Shown here: positions 27,777-36,320 of the stretch, in pieces | Layout: each line of letters starts with the position of its first letter | How positions within the stretch are numbered: the stretch's first letter is position 1 | IMG/VR virus record: IMGVR_UViG_3300031576_000053 | Location: 1 to 55,612 of that record | Strand: one strand, 5' to 3' | DNA from: a virus | Lineage: Duplodnaviria; Caudoviricetes | DNA: 55,612 nucleotides | Translations under genes and position numbers: made by a program | The notes under the pieces: generated by a model | Told to the model about the DNA's origin: nothing | Database searches by the model: none | The model's input: the letters and a program-made list of their open reading frames with translations, nothing else

Positions 27777-28243
27777 TTATGGGTGCTTTAATTTAGGCGT
27801 CCATTTCATGCTGCCGTCGCCTTTTTGATTCAAGCGCATCAGCTTGCGATAGATTCTGAATCTCATATTGAGCACAGCCGACGAGAGAGGATGCACACCC
27901 TGACCGAGAAGAGTGTCCGTGAAAGATAAGTAAAGTAATGCGCGCTCTTTTTCAATACGAGATAAGGCGATAAAGACCTAAGAAAACGCACACTGGCATT
28001 GCTATGGAAATCAAGAGAGAAATAGGGTTTACATCCAGCTCGATGATGCCACGGTCTCAGTTTGCCGCCGAGTTTGTTTTGTATGGCTTTGAGCACCGAG
28101 ATTTCGGTGTTGCCGATATACACGCGTCGCGTCCACACTACATGGTTGACGCCACTGGAGCGTTTAAGACTTCCGGAAATTGTGATGCCACCTTCCCCAT
28201 CGAAAAATCCTGCAATATAGGCGGTGGATAAATGCCTGACCAT
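27777..28243 (-). CDS. Free-standing single-motif LAGLIDADG homing endonuclease with a -1 frameshift at 27948-27952
   Basis: AYIAGFFDGEG..YIGNT..PYLVLKK; the shifted frame continues ERALLYLSF..RIYRKLMRLNQKG to a stop at 27777. Confidence 0.8.
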
Positions 28244-28459
28244 AGCGTTCTCCGACCTCATGGATATATCTCCATCGTTGGAGATGGGATAAAACAAGAG
28301 TATGACACACTTTCTTGCGTTCATTGCGGCAAGCATTGGATGGTGGTGCCTGGATCTGGGCGCAGGCGTGGCTGGTGCATGAAGTGCAACGGGCCACATT
28401 GCGGCGGGCCAAAATGTTGGACGTGTAGGCCGCTAGAGGAACTGATCTACAGGGGCTGA
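28232..28459 (+). CDS. Small Cys-rich zinc-binding protein
   Basis: CVHC..CMKC..HC..C..C. Confidence 0.65.
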   Translation: MPDHSVLRPHGYISIVGDGIKQEYDTLSCVHCGKHWMVVPGSGRRRGWCMKCNGPHCGGPKCWTCRPLEELIYRG

Positions 28460-28465
28460 TAGTGT

Positions 28466-29545
28466 GTGGCTGAACGAAGTCAATATCAATACCAACAGAT
28501 TACCGGCCCGGTCTGGCGGGAACCTGTCGCTGAGAAGCTCGCGTGGCTACCTCGCGGGCAGCAGCCAGCACGAGCGCTCCCACCAAATCGGCTTGGCGAT
28601 TTCGCACGACCGGAATTCGCTGCGTTATATAAACCGGAATTGCTTGAGTGGTTCCCGACCGATAGATACCGCGGGCGCGAGCTGGCGAGGGCGCTTAACG
28701 ATTGGAGCGTCCTCCCGCAACGGGTCGAGGCGATCTACGACCCGCAGAATCTCGAATGGATGCCGCGCGGAGCATATCCACAGGTTCCAATCGAACGGCG
28801 TCGGCTTGGTGACTTCGCCAGGCCGGAATTTGAAGCGCTGTATGGGGCGGAAGGCCTGCAGTGGCAGCCCTCAGATCGATATGCTGGCAGATCGCTTGAG
28901 CGCTCGCTCACTAGACACTCGGTCCTCGATCCGTCACCGCCGATTGTCGTTTACGATCCGCAGAACCTTGAGTGGGTGCCAAGAGGCCAGCAACCAGCGA
29001 GGGTCGAGCCGCGTGGTCTGCTGCTCCAGGCGCTTCTTGATCCGCTTCCGCTGGTCGTCGCGTATGACCCGCAGAATCTCGAATGGCTTCCCGCCGGCGC
29101 GGCCCGCGGGCCGCTGGCGTTGCAAGGGATTTTTCTCGGTCCATGGGCTCTTGATCCAGCTCCCGTAGCGGTCACGGAGCCGAAAGCGCTCATCGGCGGC
29201 GTCACGCCATTCCGGCGTCCGCCGCTGCGGTTGCCGTCGTGGTTGGAGTTGGAGTGCCGCCCATTCGAGGAGCCTACGTTCTGGGGCCGGCCGGTGGCGC
29301 GGCAGGAGAGCCTGCACGAGTCCGCCTCTGTCGCGGAGCTGGCGGAATCGCTCGTCGCGCTGCGCGTAGCCGCGAGATTCACGGCGTCGCCGCACACGGT
29401 CGAGGCGCGCTACCAGCAGCTGCGGCTGCGCGCGCGCGTCATGCTGATCGCGAGGCCGGAGGAGAACGATTGCCCAGAGAGGCTGCGCTCGATCAGGCAG
29501 CCATCGCGCGCTGACCTGCTGATGGCCGCGATGAGAGTTCGATAA
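28466..29545 (+). CDS. Pro/Arg-rich repeat protein
   Basis: About six ~36-aa units with an LxWxP core; YDPQNLEW three times, LGDFARPEF twice. Confidence 0.7.
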   Translation: MAERSQYQYQQITGPVWREPVAEKLAWLPRGQQPARALPPNRLGDFARPEFAALYKPELLEWFPTDRYRGRELARALNDWSVLPQRVEAIYDPQNLEWMPRGAYPQVPIERRRLGDFARPEFEALYGAEGLQWQPSDRYAGRSLERSLTRHSVLDPSPPIVVYDPQNLEWVPRGQQPARVEPRGLLLQALLDPLPLVVAYDPQNLEWLPAGAARGPLALQGIFLGPWALDPAPVAVTEPKALIGGVTPFRRPPLRLPSWLELECRPFEEPTFWGRPVARQESLHESASVAELAESLVALRVAARFTASPHTVEARYQQLRLRARVMLIARPEENDCPERLRSIRQPSRADLLMAAMRVR

Positions 29546-29560
29546 CGAAGGAGAAACGAG

Positions 29561-30268
29561 ATGAAACCAGAAGAGATCAACTTCGACGTGGTGCGTAGGC
29601 GCGGCGCGGAGTGCGAAACGCGCTCTTTCGCCTTGGACGAGGTGCGGGTGGAGCCTGGCGCGGACGGGATCGGGCAGAGAATCATAGGGCACGCAGCGGT
29701 GTTCGATCTGCTCTCGGAGGACCTCGGCGGGTTCCGCGAGAAGATCTCCCCGGGGGCGTTCGCCGAGGTGATCTCGACGGACGACGTGCGGGCGCTCTTC
29801 AACCATGATGACAACATGCTCCTCGGCCGGAACAAGGCGAACACGCTCTCGCTCGCCGAGGACGAAAAGGGGTTGCGGAGCGTGATCGACCTCCCGGATA
29901 CGCAGCTCGCGCGCGACCTCGCCGTGCTGATGGCGCGCGGGGACGTGAACCAGATGAGCTTCGCCTTCGAAATCTCGAAGGACGGCCAGGACTGGGAGAA
30001 AACGGGCGATGGACCGTGGATCCGCACGATCAAGAAGATCAAGCGGCTGTGGGACGTGTCGGTGGTCACGTTCCCCGCGTATCCGCAGACCGACGCCGCG
30101 GTGCGGGCGATGAGGGCGGTGGAGGAGGTCGCGCTCGCCGCCGCGAGGACGAAGAAAGAGGACGAAGATGCGGTGCTCGCCGCCGCGGGGCTCGCGATCG
30201 CGCGGCGCGCCGAGGTTACGCGCCTCGTGCAGCGTCATCGGCTGCGGCTGATCGACCAGGGACTTTGA
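29561..30268 (+). CDS. HK97-family prohead protease
   Basis: GHAAVF..FREKI..ALFNHD..QMSFAF..DVSVVTFPAY. Confidence 0.95.
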   Translation: MKPEEINFDVVRRRGAECETRSFALDEVRVEPGADGIGQRIIGHAAVFDLLSEDLGGFREKISPGAFAEVISTDDVRALFNHDDNMLLGRNKANTLSLAEDEKGLRSVIDLPDTQLARDLAVLMARGDVNQMSFAFEISKDGQDWEKTGDGPWIRTIKKIKRLWDVSVVTFPAYPQTDAAVRAMRAVEEVALAAARTKKEDEDAVLAAAGLAIARRAEVTRLVQRHRLRLIDQGL

Positions 30269-30388
30269 CATCCGCCTCGCCTATTCGAGGGCGGGGTTTT
30301 CCGGCTTAGCAAGGGCTTGTAACGGCGCGCCCCTCCCGGGACGCACGCAGGGCCGCCTCGCGCGGCATTTTTTCAAGGAGATATTCAA

Positions 30389-31705
30389 ATGTTGCACAAA
30401 GCAAAGGCACTTCGCGAGGAGCGCGCCAAAATCGCGAAGACCATCAGCGACAACCTCGACCTCATCCAGAAGGACGAGACCGAGGAGGCGCGCAGGCAGG
30501 AGCTGATCGAGAAGAACGAACAGCTTTGGAAGGAAGTCGAGACCAAGAAGCGCGTGATCGACCAGATCGAGCGCCAGGCGGATCTCGAATCCGAGCTGAA
30601 CGACCGCAAGGGTCATCTCCAGCCCAATCCGAACCTCTCGGACGATCCGAAGGAGCGCAAGGAGCAGCAGAAGCTCGCCGTCGAGGCGTACATGCGCTTC
30701 GGCGCCGAGGGGCTCTCGGAGGAGGGGCGGGCGATCATCATGCCGAACACGAACGCCGCGCGAGCGGCGATCGCGGACTGCGTGCGGTCGCTCAAGGGGA
30801 TGTCGCGCGAAGTGCGCGACCTCGCCACGACGACCTCCGGCGCGGTGCTGCCGAACGAGTATTGGGACGACATCGAGAAGTCGATGCTCGCTTTCGGCGG
30901 GATGCGGGAAATCTCCCGCACCATTCGCACCGCGACGGGGAACTCGTTCATCATGCCGACGATGAACGACACCGCCAACGCGGCGACGCTCGTCACGGAG
31001 GCCGGCACGAGCGCCGGGGTGGATCCGACGCTCTCCAGCCTGACGTTGGGCGCATTCACGTATCGCTCCCGTATCAATCTTTCGCGGGAGATGCTGCAGG
31101 ACGCGAGCTTCAACGTCGACGCCTGGGTGCTCGGGCCGGATGGGCTGTCGCAGCGGCTCGCGCGGGGGCTGAACACCGCCTTCACGACGGGGGACGGTTC
31201 CTCGAAGCCGCTAGGCGTGATGGTGGCGACCTCCTCGGGGCTGACGATCAACGACGGCACCGCGATCAACTACAACGACTTTGTCGACCTGGAACACGCG
31301 GTCGATCCGGTGTACCGCCGGAACGGGCGCTACATGTTCCACGACGACTTGCTCAAGTCCGCGAAGAAGATCAAGGACACGCAGAACAACCCGATCTGGA
31401 TGAGCGGGCTCACGCTGCGTGCGCCGGACACGATCCTCGGCTATCCGTACACGGTTAATCAGGACGTGGCGCAGCTCAACCCCGCGGGCGGGGCGGGCGC
31501 GGCCGGCGACAAGGTGATGGCGTTCGGGGACTTCACGAAGTACATCATCCGCGACGTGGTCGGGGACGGGTTCCCGGTGATCCTGCGGTTGATCGAGCGC
31601 TATGCCGAGCTCGGCCAAGTGGCGTTCCTGCTCTTCAGCCGGCACGACGGGGATCTGCTCGACGCGGGCACCGACCCGATCAAGCACGCCATCACCCCGA
31701 GCTGA
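30389..31705 (+). CDS. HK97-fold major capsid protein with delta domain
   Basis: Coiled-coil N-terminus; SREMLQD..GDGSSKPLG..KIKD..TILGYPY..FGDF; AAGGAG RBS. Confidence 0.95.
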   Translation: MLHKAKALREERAKIAKTISDNLDLIQKDETEEARRQELIEKNEQLWKEVETKKRVIDQIERQADLESELNDRKGHLQPNPNLSDDPKERKEQQKLAVEAYMRFGAEGLSEEGRAIIMPNTNAARAAIADCVRSLKGMSREVRDLATTTSGAVLPNEYWDDIEKSMLAFGGMREISRTIRTATGNSFIMPTMNDTANAATLVTEAGTSAGVDPTLSSLTLGAFTYRSRINLSREMLQDASFNVDAWVLGPDGLSQRLARGLNTAFTTGDGSSKPLGVMVATSSGLTINDGTAINYNDFVDLEHAVDPVYRRNGRYMFHDDLLKSAKKIKDTQNNPIWMSGLTLRAPDTILGYPYTVNQDVAQLNPAGGAGAAGDKVMAFGDFTKYIIRDVVGDGFPVILRLIERYAELGQVAFLLFSRHDGDLLDAGTDPIKHAITPS

Positions 31706-31760
31706 CGAAGGCGTAGCACCGCCGTCGCCCGTTTCCTCCTCCTGAGGGCGAGGCGGTTTT

Positions 31761-31788
31761 GCCCCGGCTTACGGGCCGGGGCTTTTTT
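31761..31788 (+). terminator. Intrinsic terminator after the capsid gene
   Basis: GCCCCGGC-TTACGG-GCCGGGGC-TTTTTT. Confidence 0.85.
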
Positions 31789-31835
31789 CAGAGGGCAGGT
31801 TTGCGCCTGTCCTCCGAAAAAGGAGCTGTGAGATC

Positions 31836-32069
31836 ATGCGCATCCGCTTCAAATCCAGCGTTGCCGGGCCGCTCTGCACCTACCGGCCGGGCGAGGAGAT
31901 CGAGCACCAGGACGAGGCGCAATGCGTCCGTTGGATCAAGGCCGGGGTGGCAGAGCCGGTCAAGGTCCGGGCCGCCGAGACGGGCGTCGCGCGCGCGCCG
32001 GAGGACACGACCCTCCACCTGCCGCGCGGGAAGCGGTACGTCCCGCGGGCGAAGCGACCGGCGGGCTGA
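31836..32069 (+). CDS. Small head-associated protein
   Basis: YRPGEEI..RWIKAGVAEPV; usual post-capsid position; AAGGAG RBS. Confidence 0.7.
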   Translation: MRIRFKSSVAGPLCTYRPGEEIEHQDEAQCVRWIKAGVAEPVKVRAAETGVARAPEDTTLHLPRGKRYVPRAKRPAG

Positions 32070-32071
32070 GA

Positions 32072-32701
32072 GTGGGACCGTACTCGCTCGTCCTGCTCGA
32101 CGGCCCTTCCGAGGAGCCGGTGACCCGCGCCGAGGCGAAAGCGCACCTCGGGGTCGAGCACTCGAACGACGACGCGATGATCGACGCGCTGATCGAGGCC
32201 GCGCGCCAGGCCTGCGAGGTCGAGACGGGGCGGCAATTCTGCCTCGCGCGCCGGGAGATGCGCCTGGACGCCTTCCCGACCGCGGGGAACCAGCAGATCA
32301 CGGTGCCGCGCCCGCCGCTCTGGACGCTGGAGAAGATCGAGTACATCAACGCCGACGGGAACCTGACGGCGCTCGGGCCGACGGAGTATATCGTGGACAA
32401 GAGCTCTGAGCCCGGGCGGGTCCGGCCGACGTTCGACAAGAGCTGGCCGAGCGCGCGCGATGAGATCGGGGCGGTGCGCGTTACCTTCCTCGCCGGGTAC
32501 ACGCCCCACGAAGTCGGGAGCCCGACGGACTACGCGCGCAACGTCCCGAAGGCGCTCAAGCAGGCCGTGCTGCTGACGGTCGGGGATCTCTACATGAACC
32601 GCGAGAACGTGAACATCGGCAATATCACCAGCGAGCTGCCCGGCACGGCGAAGATGTTGCTCTGGCACCATCGCGTAGTGAACTACGACCTCACGGCCTG
32701 A
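32072..32701 (+). CDS. Head-tail connector (gp6/phiE125 gp8-like)
   Basis: EPVTRAEAKAHL..AARQACE..FLAGY..VPKALKQAVL..LYMNRE. Confidence 0.9.
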   Translation: MGPYSLVLLDGPSEEPVTRAEAKAHLGVEHSNDDAMIDALIEAARQACEVETGRQFCLARREMRLDAFPTAGNQQITVPRPPLWTLEKIEYINADGNLTALGPTEYIVDKSSEPGRVRPTFDKSWPSARDEIGAVRVTFLAGYTPHEVGSPTDYARNVPKALKQAVLLTVGDLYMNRENVNIGNITSELPGTAKMLLWHHRVVNYDLTA

Positions 32702-32704
32702 GCG

Positions 32705-33040
32705 ATGCCCGCCGGGTTGGCCGTCGGTCGCCTTCGAGAGAAGGTTACGATCCAGAGCCTGACGACTGTCCGCGACGCTCACGGCCAGCCGATCGAGACT
32801 TGGGGCACGTTCGCGGCGTGGCGCTGCGAGATCGCTCCGATTCGCGGGCGGGAATTCTTCGCGGCGCGGCAGTTCCAGGCCGAGACGACACACAAGCTCA
32901 CGGGGCACTGGATCAGCGGCGTGCTGCCGACGATGCGGATCTCGCATGGCAGCCGGATCTTCCGGATCGAGGCCGTGATCAACGTCGGGGAGAGGAACCG
33001 CGTGCTTGAGTTGATGTGCGCAGAAACGCTTGGCGGATGA
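32705..33040 (+). CDS. Head closure protein (SPP1 gp16-like)
   Basis: GRLREKVTIQ..D.HG..W..PIRGREF..MRI..LELMC. Confidence 0.9.
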   Translation: MPAGLAVGRLREKVTIQSLTTVRDAHGQPIETWGTFAAWRCEIAPIRGREFFAARQFQAETTHKLTGHWISGVLPTMRISHGSRIFRIEAVINVGERNRVLELMCAETLGG

Positions 33041-33771
33041 AATTGCCGTTTGGGAACGTCGAGCCGGAGTGGGCCGGGGCGACGGTTGCGATCATCGGCG
33101 GGGGGCCGAGCCTGACGCAAGAACAGGTGACGGTCTGCCGCGGGCGGTGCCGCGTGATCGCGGTCAACACGTCCTACCTGCTCGCGCCGTGGGCCGACGC
33201 CCTGTATTTTTGCGACGAAGCGTGGTACGGCTGGCATCGCGAGGCAAAGGCGTTCCGCCGGTTCGCGGGGATAAAGGTGGCGCTCGCAAACGCGCGCACC
33301 ACGTACTCGGAGCGTGGAGTCTTGAACGGCGACCCGGCGATCAGGGTGCTGCGAAACTATGGAGGGCCGCCGGAGTTCGTGGGGCTGTGCGAGAACCGCG
33401 ACGGCGTCTACACGGGGAGGAACAGCGGCAACCAGGCGATCCAGCTCGCCGCGCACCTGGGGGCGAGGCGCGTCCTGCTGCTCGGGTTCGATATGCGCGC
33501 CCAGGGCGCGAAGACGCACTGGCACATGGCGCACAAGCGCCCGACGGACCCGAATGACTTCAATCAGATGCTCACGTGGTTCGCGCCGCTCGTCGAGCCC
33601 TGCCGCAAGCGCGGGATTGAGGTCGTTAACTGCACGCCGGGGAGCGCGGTCGAGTGCTTCCCGAGGGCGACGATAAACGATGCCTTGGCGGCTGACGAGA
33701 GCGAGCGCGCCGGGGAGCGCGCGCGTCGGGAGGTGAATCAGAAGCAGGAATACTTTTTCCGCACGTCTTGA
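33037..33771 (+). CDS. Maf/DUF115-like (sialyltransferase-fold) putative glycosyltransferase
   Basis: AIIGGGPSL..IAVN..D..W..NSGNQAIQLA..LGA..LLGFD..HW..H..VVNCT. Confidence 0.65.
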   Translation: MKLPFGNVEPEWAGATVAIIGGGPSLTQEQVTVCRGRCRVIAVNTSYLLAPWADALYFCDEAWYGWHREAKAFRRFAGIKVALANARTTYSERGVLNGDPAIRVLRNYGGPPEFVGLCENRDGVYTGRNSGNQAIQLAAHLGARRVLLLGFDMRAQGAKTHWHMAHKRPTDPNDFNQMLTWFAPLVEPCRKRGIEVVNCTPGSAVECFPRATINDALAADESERAGERARREVNQKQEYFFRTS

Positions 33772-34580
33772 TGGCCCGCGCATGGTGCCTGATCCGCGAG
33801 CAGGTCCACTATAGGCGGGAAGCGTTCCTCCAAGGGCTCGCCGCCGCCGGATATGAGATAGCTCAGAGCGCGCGCGAGGAGGGGAATCCGAACTTCTCTC
33901 GCTCCGGCGCGGGCGACGTGCTGGTGATCTGGAACCGTTATGGGCACTACGAGGATTGGGCGCGGGAGTTCGAGCGCCGCAGCGGACGGGTGCTGGTGGC
34001 GGAGAACGGCTACCTCGGGGACGATTCGAACGGGCGGCAGCACTACGCCCTCGCCGTCGGGCAGCATAACGGCGGCGGGCGCTGGCACGTCGGGGGGCCG
34101 GAACGGTGGCGGGCGCTCGGGATCGGACTAAAGCCCTGGAGGACCGATGGCGGGCACATCCTGATCTGCCCGCAGCGTGGGATCGGCCCCAAGGACTACG
34201 TGCAGCGCGCGAACTGGCAGCACAGGCTCGCCGACCGGCTGAAGGGCGTTACCAAGCGTCCGGTGCGTATCAGGCCGCACCCGGGGAACGTGCCGCAGGC
34301 CGAGGCTCGGGCGTCGCTCGCCCGCGACCTGGATGGCTGTTGGGCGATGGTGACGTGGGCCTCGGGCGCGGGGATTCACGCGCTGGTCGCCGGAGTGCCG
34401 GTGTTCTATGAGGCGCCGTACTGGATCCTTGCCGGGGCGGGGGAACGCAGCGTTCTGGACATCGATAATCCGCACTACCTCGCGCGGGAGGAAGCGTTCG
34501 TAAAGTTGTCGTGGGCTCAGTGGACGCTCGCTGAGCTGGCGACCGGAGAGCCTTTTCGCCTTCTTGCCGCGTTGCCGTGA
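33771..34580 (+). CDS. Putative glycosyltransferase, KpsS/Capsule_synth-like GT-B (copy 1)
   Basis: ENGY..IRPHP..MVTWASGAGIHALVAGVPV..WAQWTLAEL..G. Confidence 0.7.
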   Translation: MARAWCLIREQVHYRREAFLQGLAAAGYEIAQSAREEGNPNFSRSGAGDVLVIWNRYGHYEDWAREFERRSGRVLVAENGYLGDDSNGRQHYALAVGQHNGGGRWHVGGPERWRALGIGLKPWRTDGGHILICPQRGIGPKDYVQRANWQHRLADRLKGVTKRPVRIRPHPGNVPQAEARASLARDLDGCWAMVTWASGAGIHALVAGVPVFYEAPYWILAGAGERSVLDIDNPHYLAREEAFVKLSWAQWTLAELATGEPFRLLAALP

Positions 34581-35419
34581 AGTTCGTCTTCTACCGTAGC
34601 CAGACGGGCCGCTCAAGGATGATCCTCGGTGCGGTCAAGGAGGGCCTTGCGAAGCTGGGACATGGCATCGTCGAGGTCCACGAGAGCGAGTACCGCGGGG
34701 TCGAGGCGGATGTGGCCGTTCACTACGGCCTCTGGGGTAATCTGCGGCGCATCCAGCAGGAGTACGCGGCGGCGGCGAAGTCCGTCTTGATCGACCTCGG
34801 GTATTGGGGCCGGGTCGAGGGCGGGAAGCTCGCCGGCTACCACCGCATCGCGGTGAACGCGCGGCACGCGACGGGTTACTTTCAGCGCTTCAGGCACTCG
34901 CCGGACCGCTTCCGGCGCTTCGGGATCGAGCCGAGGCCATTCCGTCGCGACGGGGGCCACGTGCTGCTCTGCGGCATGAGCGGTAAGGCGGCATGGGTCT
35001 ACGGGCTCGAGCCGCAGCAGTGGGAGCGGGCGGCAATCGCGCGGCTGCGGGCGCATACCGCACGCGCGATCCGCTACCGGCCGAAGGACTCCTGGAAGGA
35101 CGCGAGCCAGCTTGAGGGAGCAGCGTTCCACCAGGAGCGCGTGGACATCGGCGCGCACCTCGCGGGCGCTTGGGCGGTGGTGACGCACCACGGGAATACG
35201 GCGCTCGACGCGCTAATAGCTGGCGTGCCTGCTTTTTGTGAAGAGGGGCTCGCCTCGGCGCTCGCAAAACCGGCGCTAGAGGAGATTGAGTCTCCGTTCT
35301 ACCCGGACGAGGGCGCGCGCGACCGGCTGCTCTGGGACGCGGCCTGGACGCAGTGGCGGCCGTGCGAGATGGCGGACGGCTCGGCGTTTCGCTACCTGTT
35401 CGAGGAAGGGTTGCTTTGA
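34577..35419 (+). CDS. Putative glycosyltransferase, KpsS-like (copy 2)
   Basis: DLGYW..YRPK..VVTHHGNTALDALIAGVP..AWTQW..E..G. Confidence 0.7.
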   Translation: MKFVFYRSQTGRSRMILGAVKEGLAKLGHGIVEVHESEYRGVEADVAVHYGLWGNLRRIQQEYAAAAKSVLIDLGYWGRVEGGKLAGYHRIAVNARHATGYFQRFRHSPDRFRRFGIEPRPFRRDGGHVLLCGMSGKAAWVYGLEPQQWERAAIARLRAHTARAIRYRPKDSWKDASQLEGAAFHQERVDIGAHLAGAWAVVTHHGNTALDALIAGVPAFCEEGLASALAKPALEEIESPFYPDEGARDRLLWDAAWTQWRPCEMADGSAFRYLFEEGLL

Positions 35420-35474
35420 AATTCCAAGGTATCGTGCGCGAGGCTCAAAAGCGTGAAGCGCTATGGAGTGGAGT

Positions 35475-36320
35475 TTGAAGCTCGCGTTCTACGCGTCTGA
35501 CGGAGAGGGCGATAAATTGCTCGTCGCGGCGGTGATGGCCGGTGCCGCGCGCCACGGCGATGAGGCGAGATACATCCCGTGGCCGAGCTACGATGGCGTG
35601 ATCGCGGAGGCGGACGCCGTGGCGTGTTACGGCGTGCGGGCGTCTACCCGCATCATCACCGACGCCTATCGGCGCGCGGGGAAGCGCTCGCTTTACTTTG
35701 ATAAAGGCACGTGGGGTCGCGGCATCTATACGCGGGTCGCCGTAGACGCGTGGCAGCCAACAGCGTATTTCCGATGCGGACGACCGAGCGATCGGCTGGA
35801 GAAGTCCGGCATCGTACTGAAGCCGTGGCGCGGCGCGGCTGGTGCGAAGATCATCTTCGCGGCGACGACGCAAACCTGGCTCGATTTTTATGACATCGGG
35901 CATGGGCGCAGGCTCGACGAGCTGATGATCGGAATGCTCGCTGGCTTGGAACCGGGCATTGTCGTTTACCGCCCGAGGCCGGCCTACGCGAGGAAACACC
36001 CGGAGCTCTGCGGACCCATCGCTGGGGCGGAGCTCTCGGACCCGACGCAACCGCTGGCCGAAGCGCTCGCCGACTGTATGCTGCTCGTGACAATCGGCTC
36101 GAATACGGCGGTAGAGGCGCTCGCTGCAGGAGTCTCGGTGCTCGTGCTAGGGGACAATCCGTGTCGATTGCTCAACTGGCGATCCGTGGATGTAGAACGC
36201 GAACGGCCTCAGTTCTTCGCGGACCTCGCGTGGTGCCAGTGGAAGCTCGATGAGTACCTCTCCGGTGAAGCGTGGGCGGACATCAAGGAAACGATGAAAC
36301 GGACGGTGCAATGCGTGTAA
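35475..36320 (+). CDS. Putative glycosyltransferase, KpsS-like (copy 3)
   Basis: YFDKG..DAWQPTAY..YRPRP..LVTIGSNTAVEALAAGV..LAWCQWKLDE..SG. Confidence 0.7.
   Translation: MKLAFYASDGEGDKLLVAAVMAGAARHGDEARYIPWPSYDGVIAEADAVACYGVRASTRIITDAYRRAGKRSLYFDKGTWGRGIYTRVAVDAWQPTAYFRCGRPSDRLEKSGIVLKPWRGAAGAKIIFAATTQTWLDFYDIGHGRRLDELMIGMLAGLEPGIVVYRPRPAYARKHPELCGPIAGAELSDPTQPLAEALADCMLLVTIGSNTAVEALAAGVSVLVLGDNPCRLLNWRSVDVERERPQFFADLAWCQWKLDEYLSGEAWADIKETMKRTVQCV

Noticed and set aside
28730-29090. CRISPR-like spaced repeats (GACCCGCAGAATCTCGAATGG)
   Set aside because: The repeats are in-frame coding units with synonymous variation and irregular long spacing; no cas genes are present.
30265-30300. TTGACA as a capsid-gene promoter
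   Set aside because: There is no plausible -10 at the right spacing; the following sequence is a GC hairpin.
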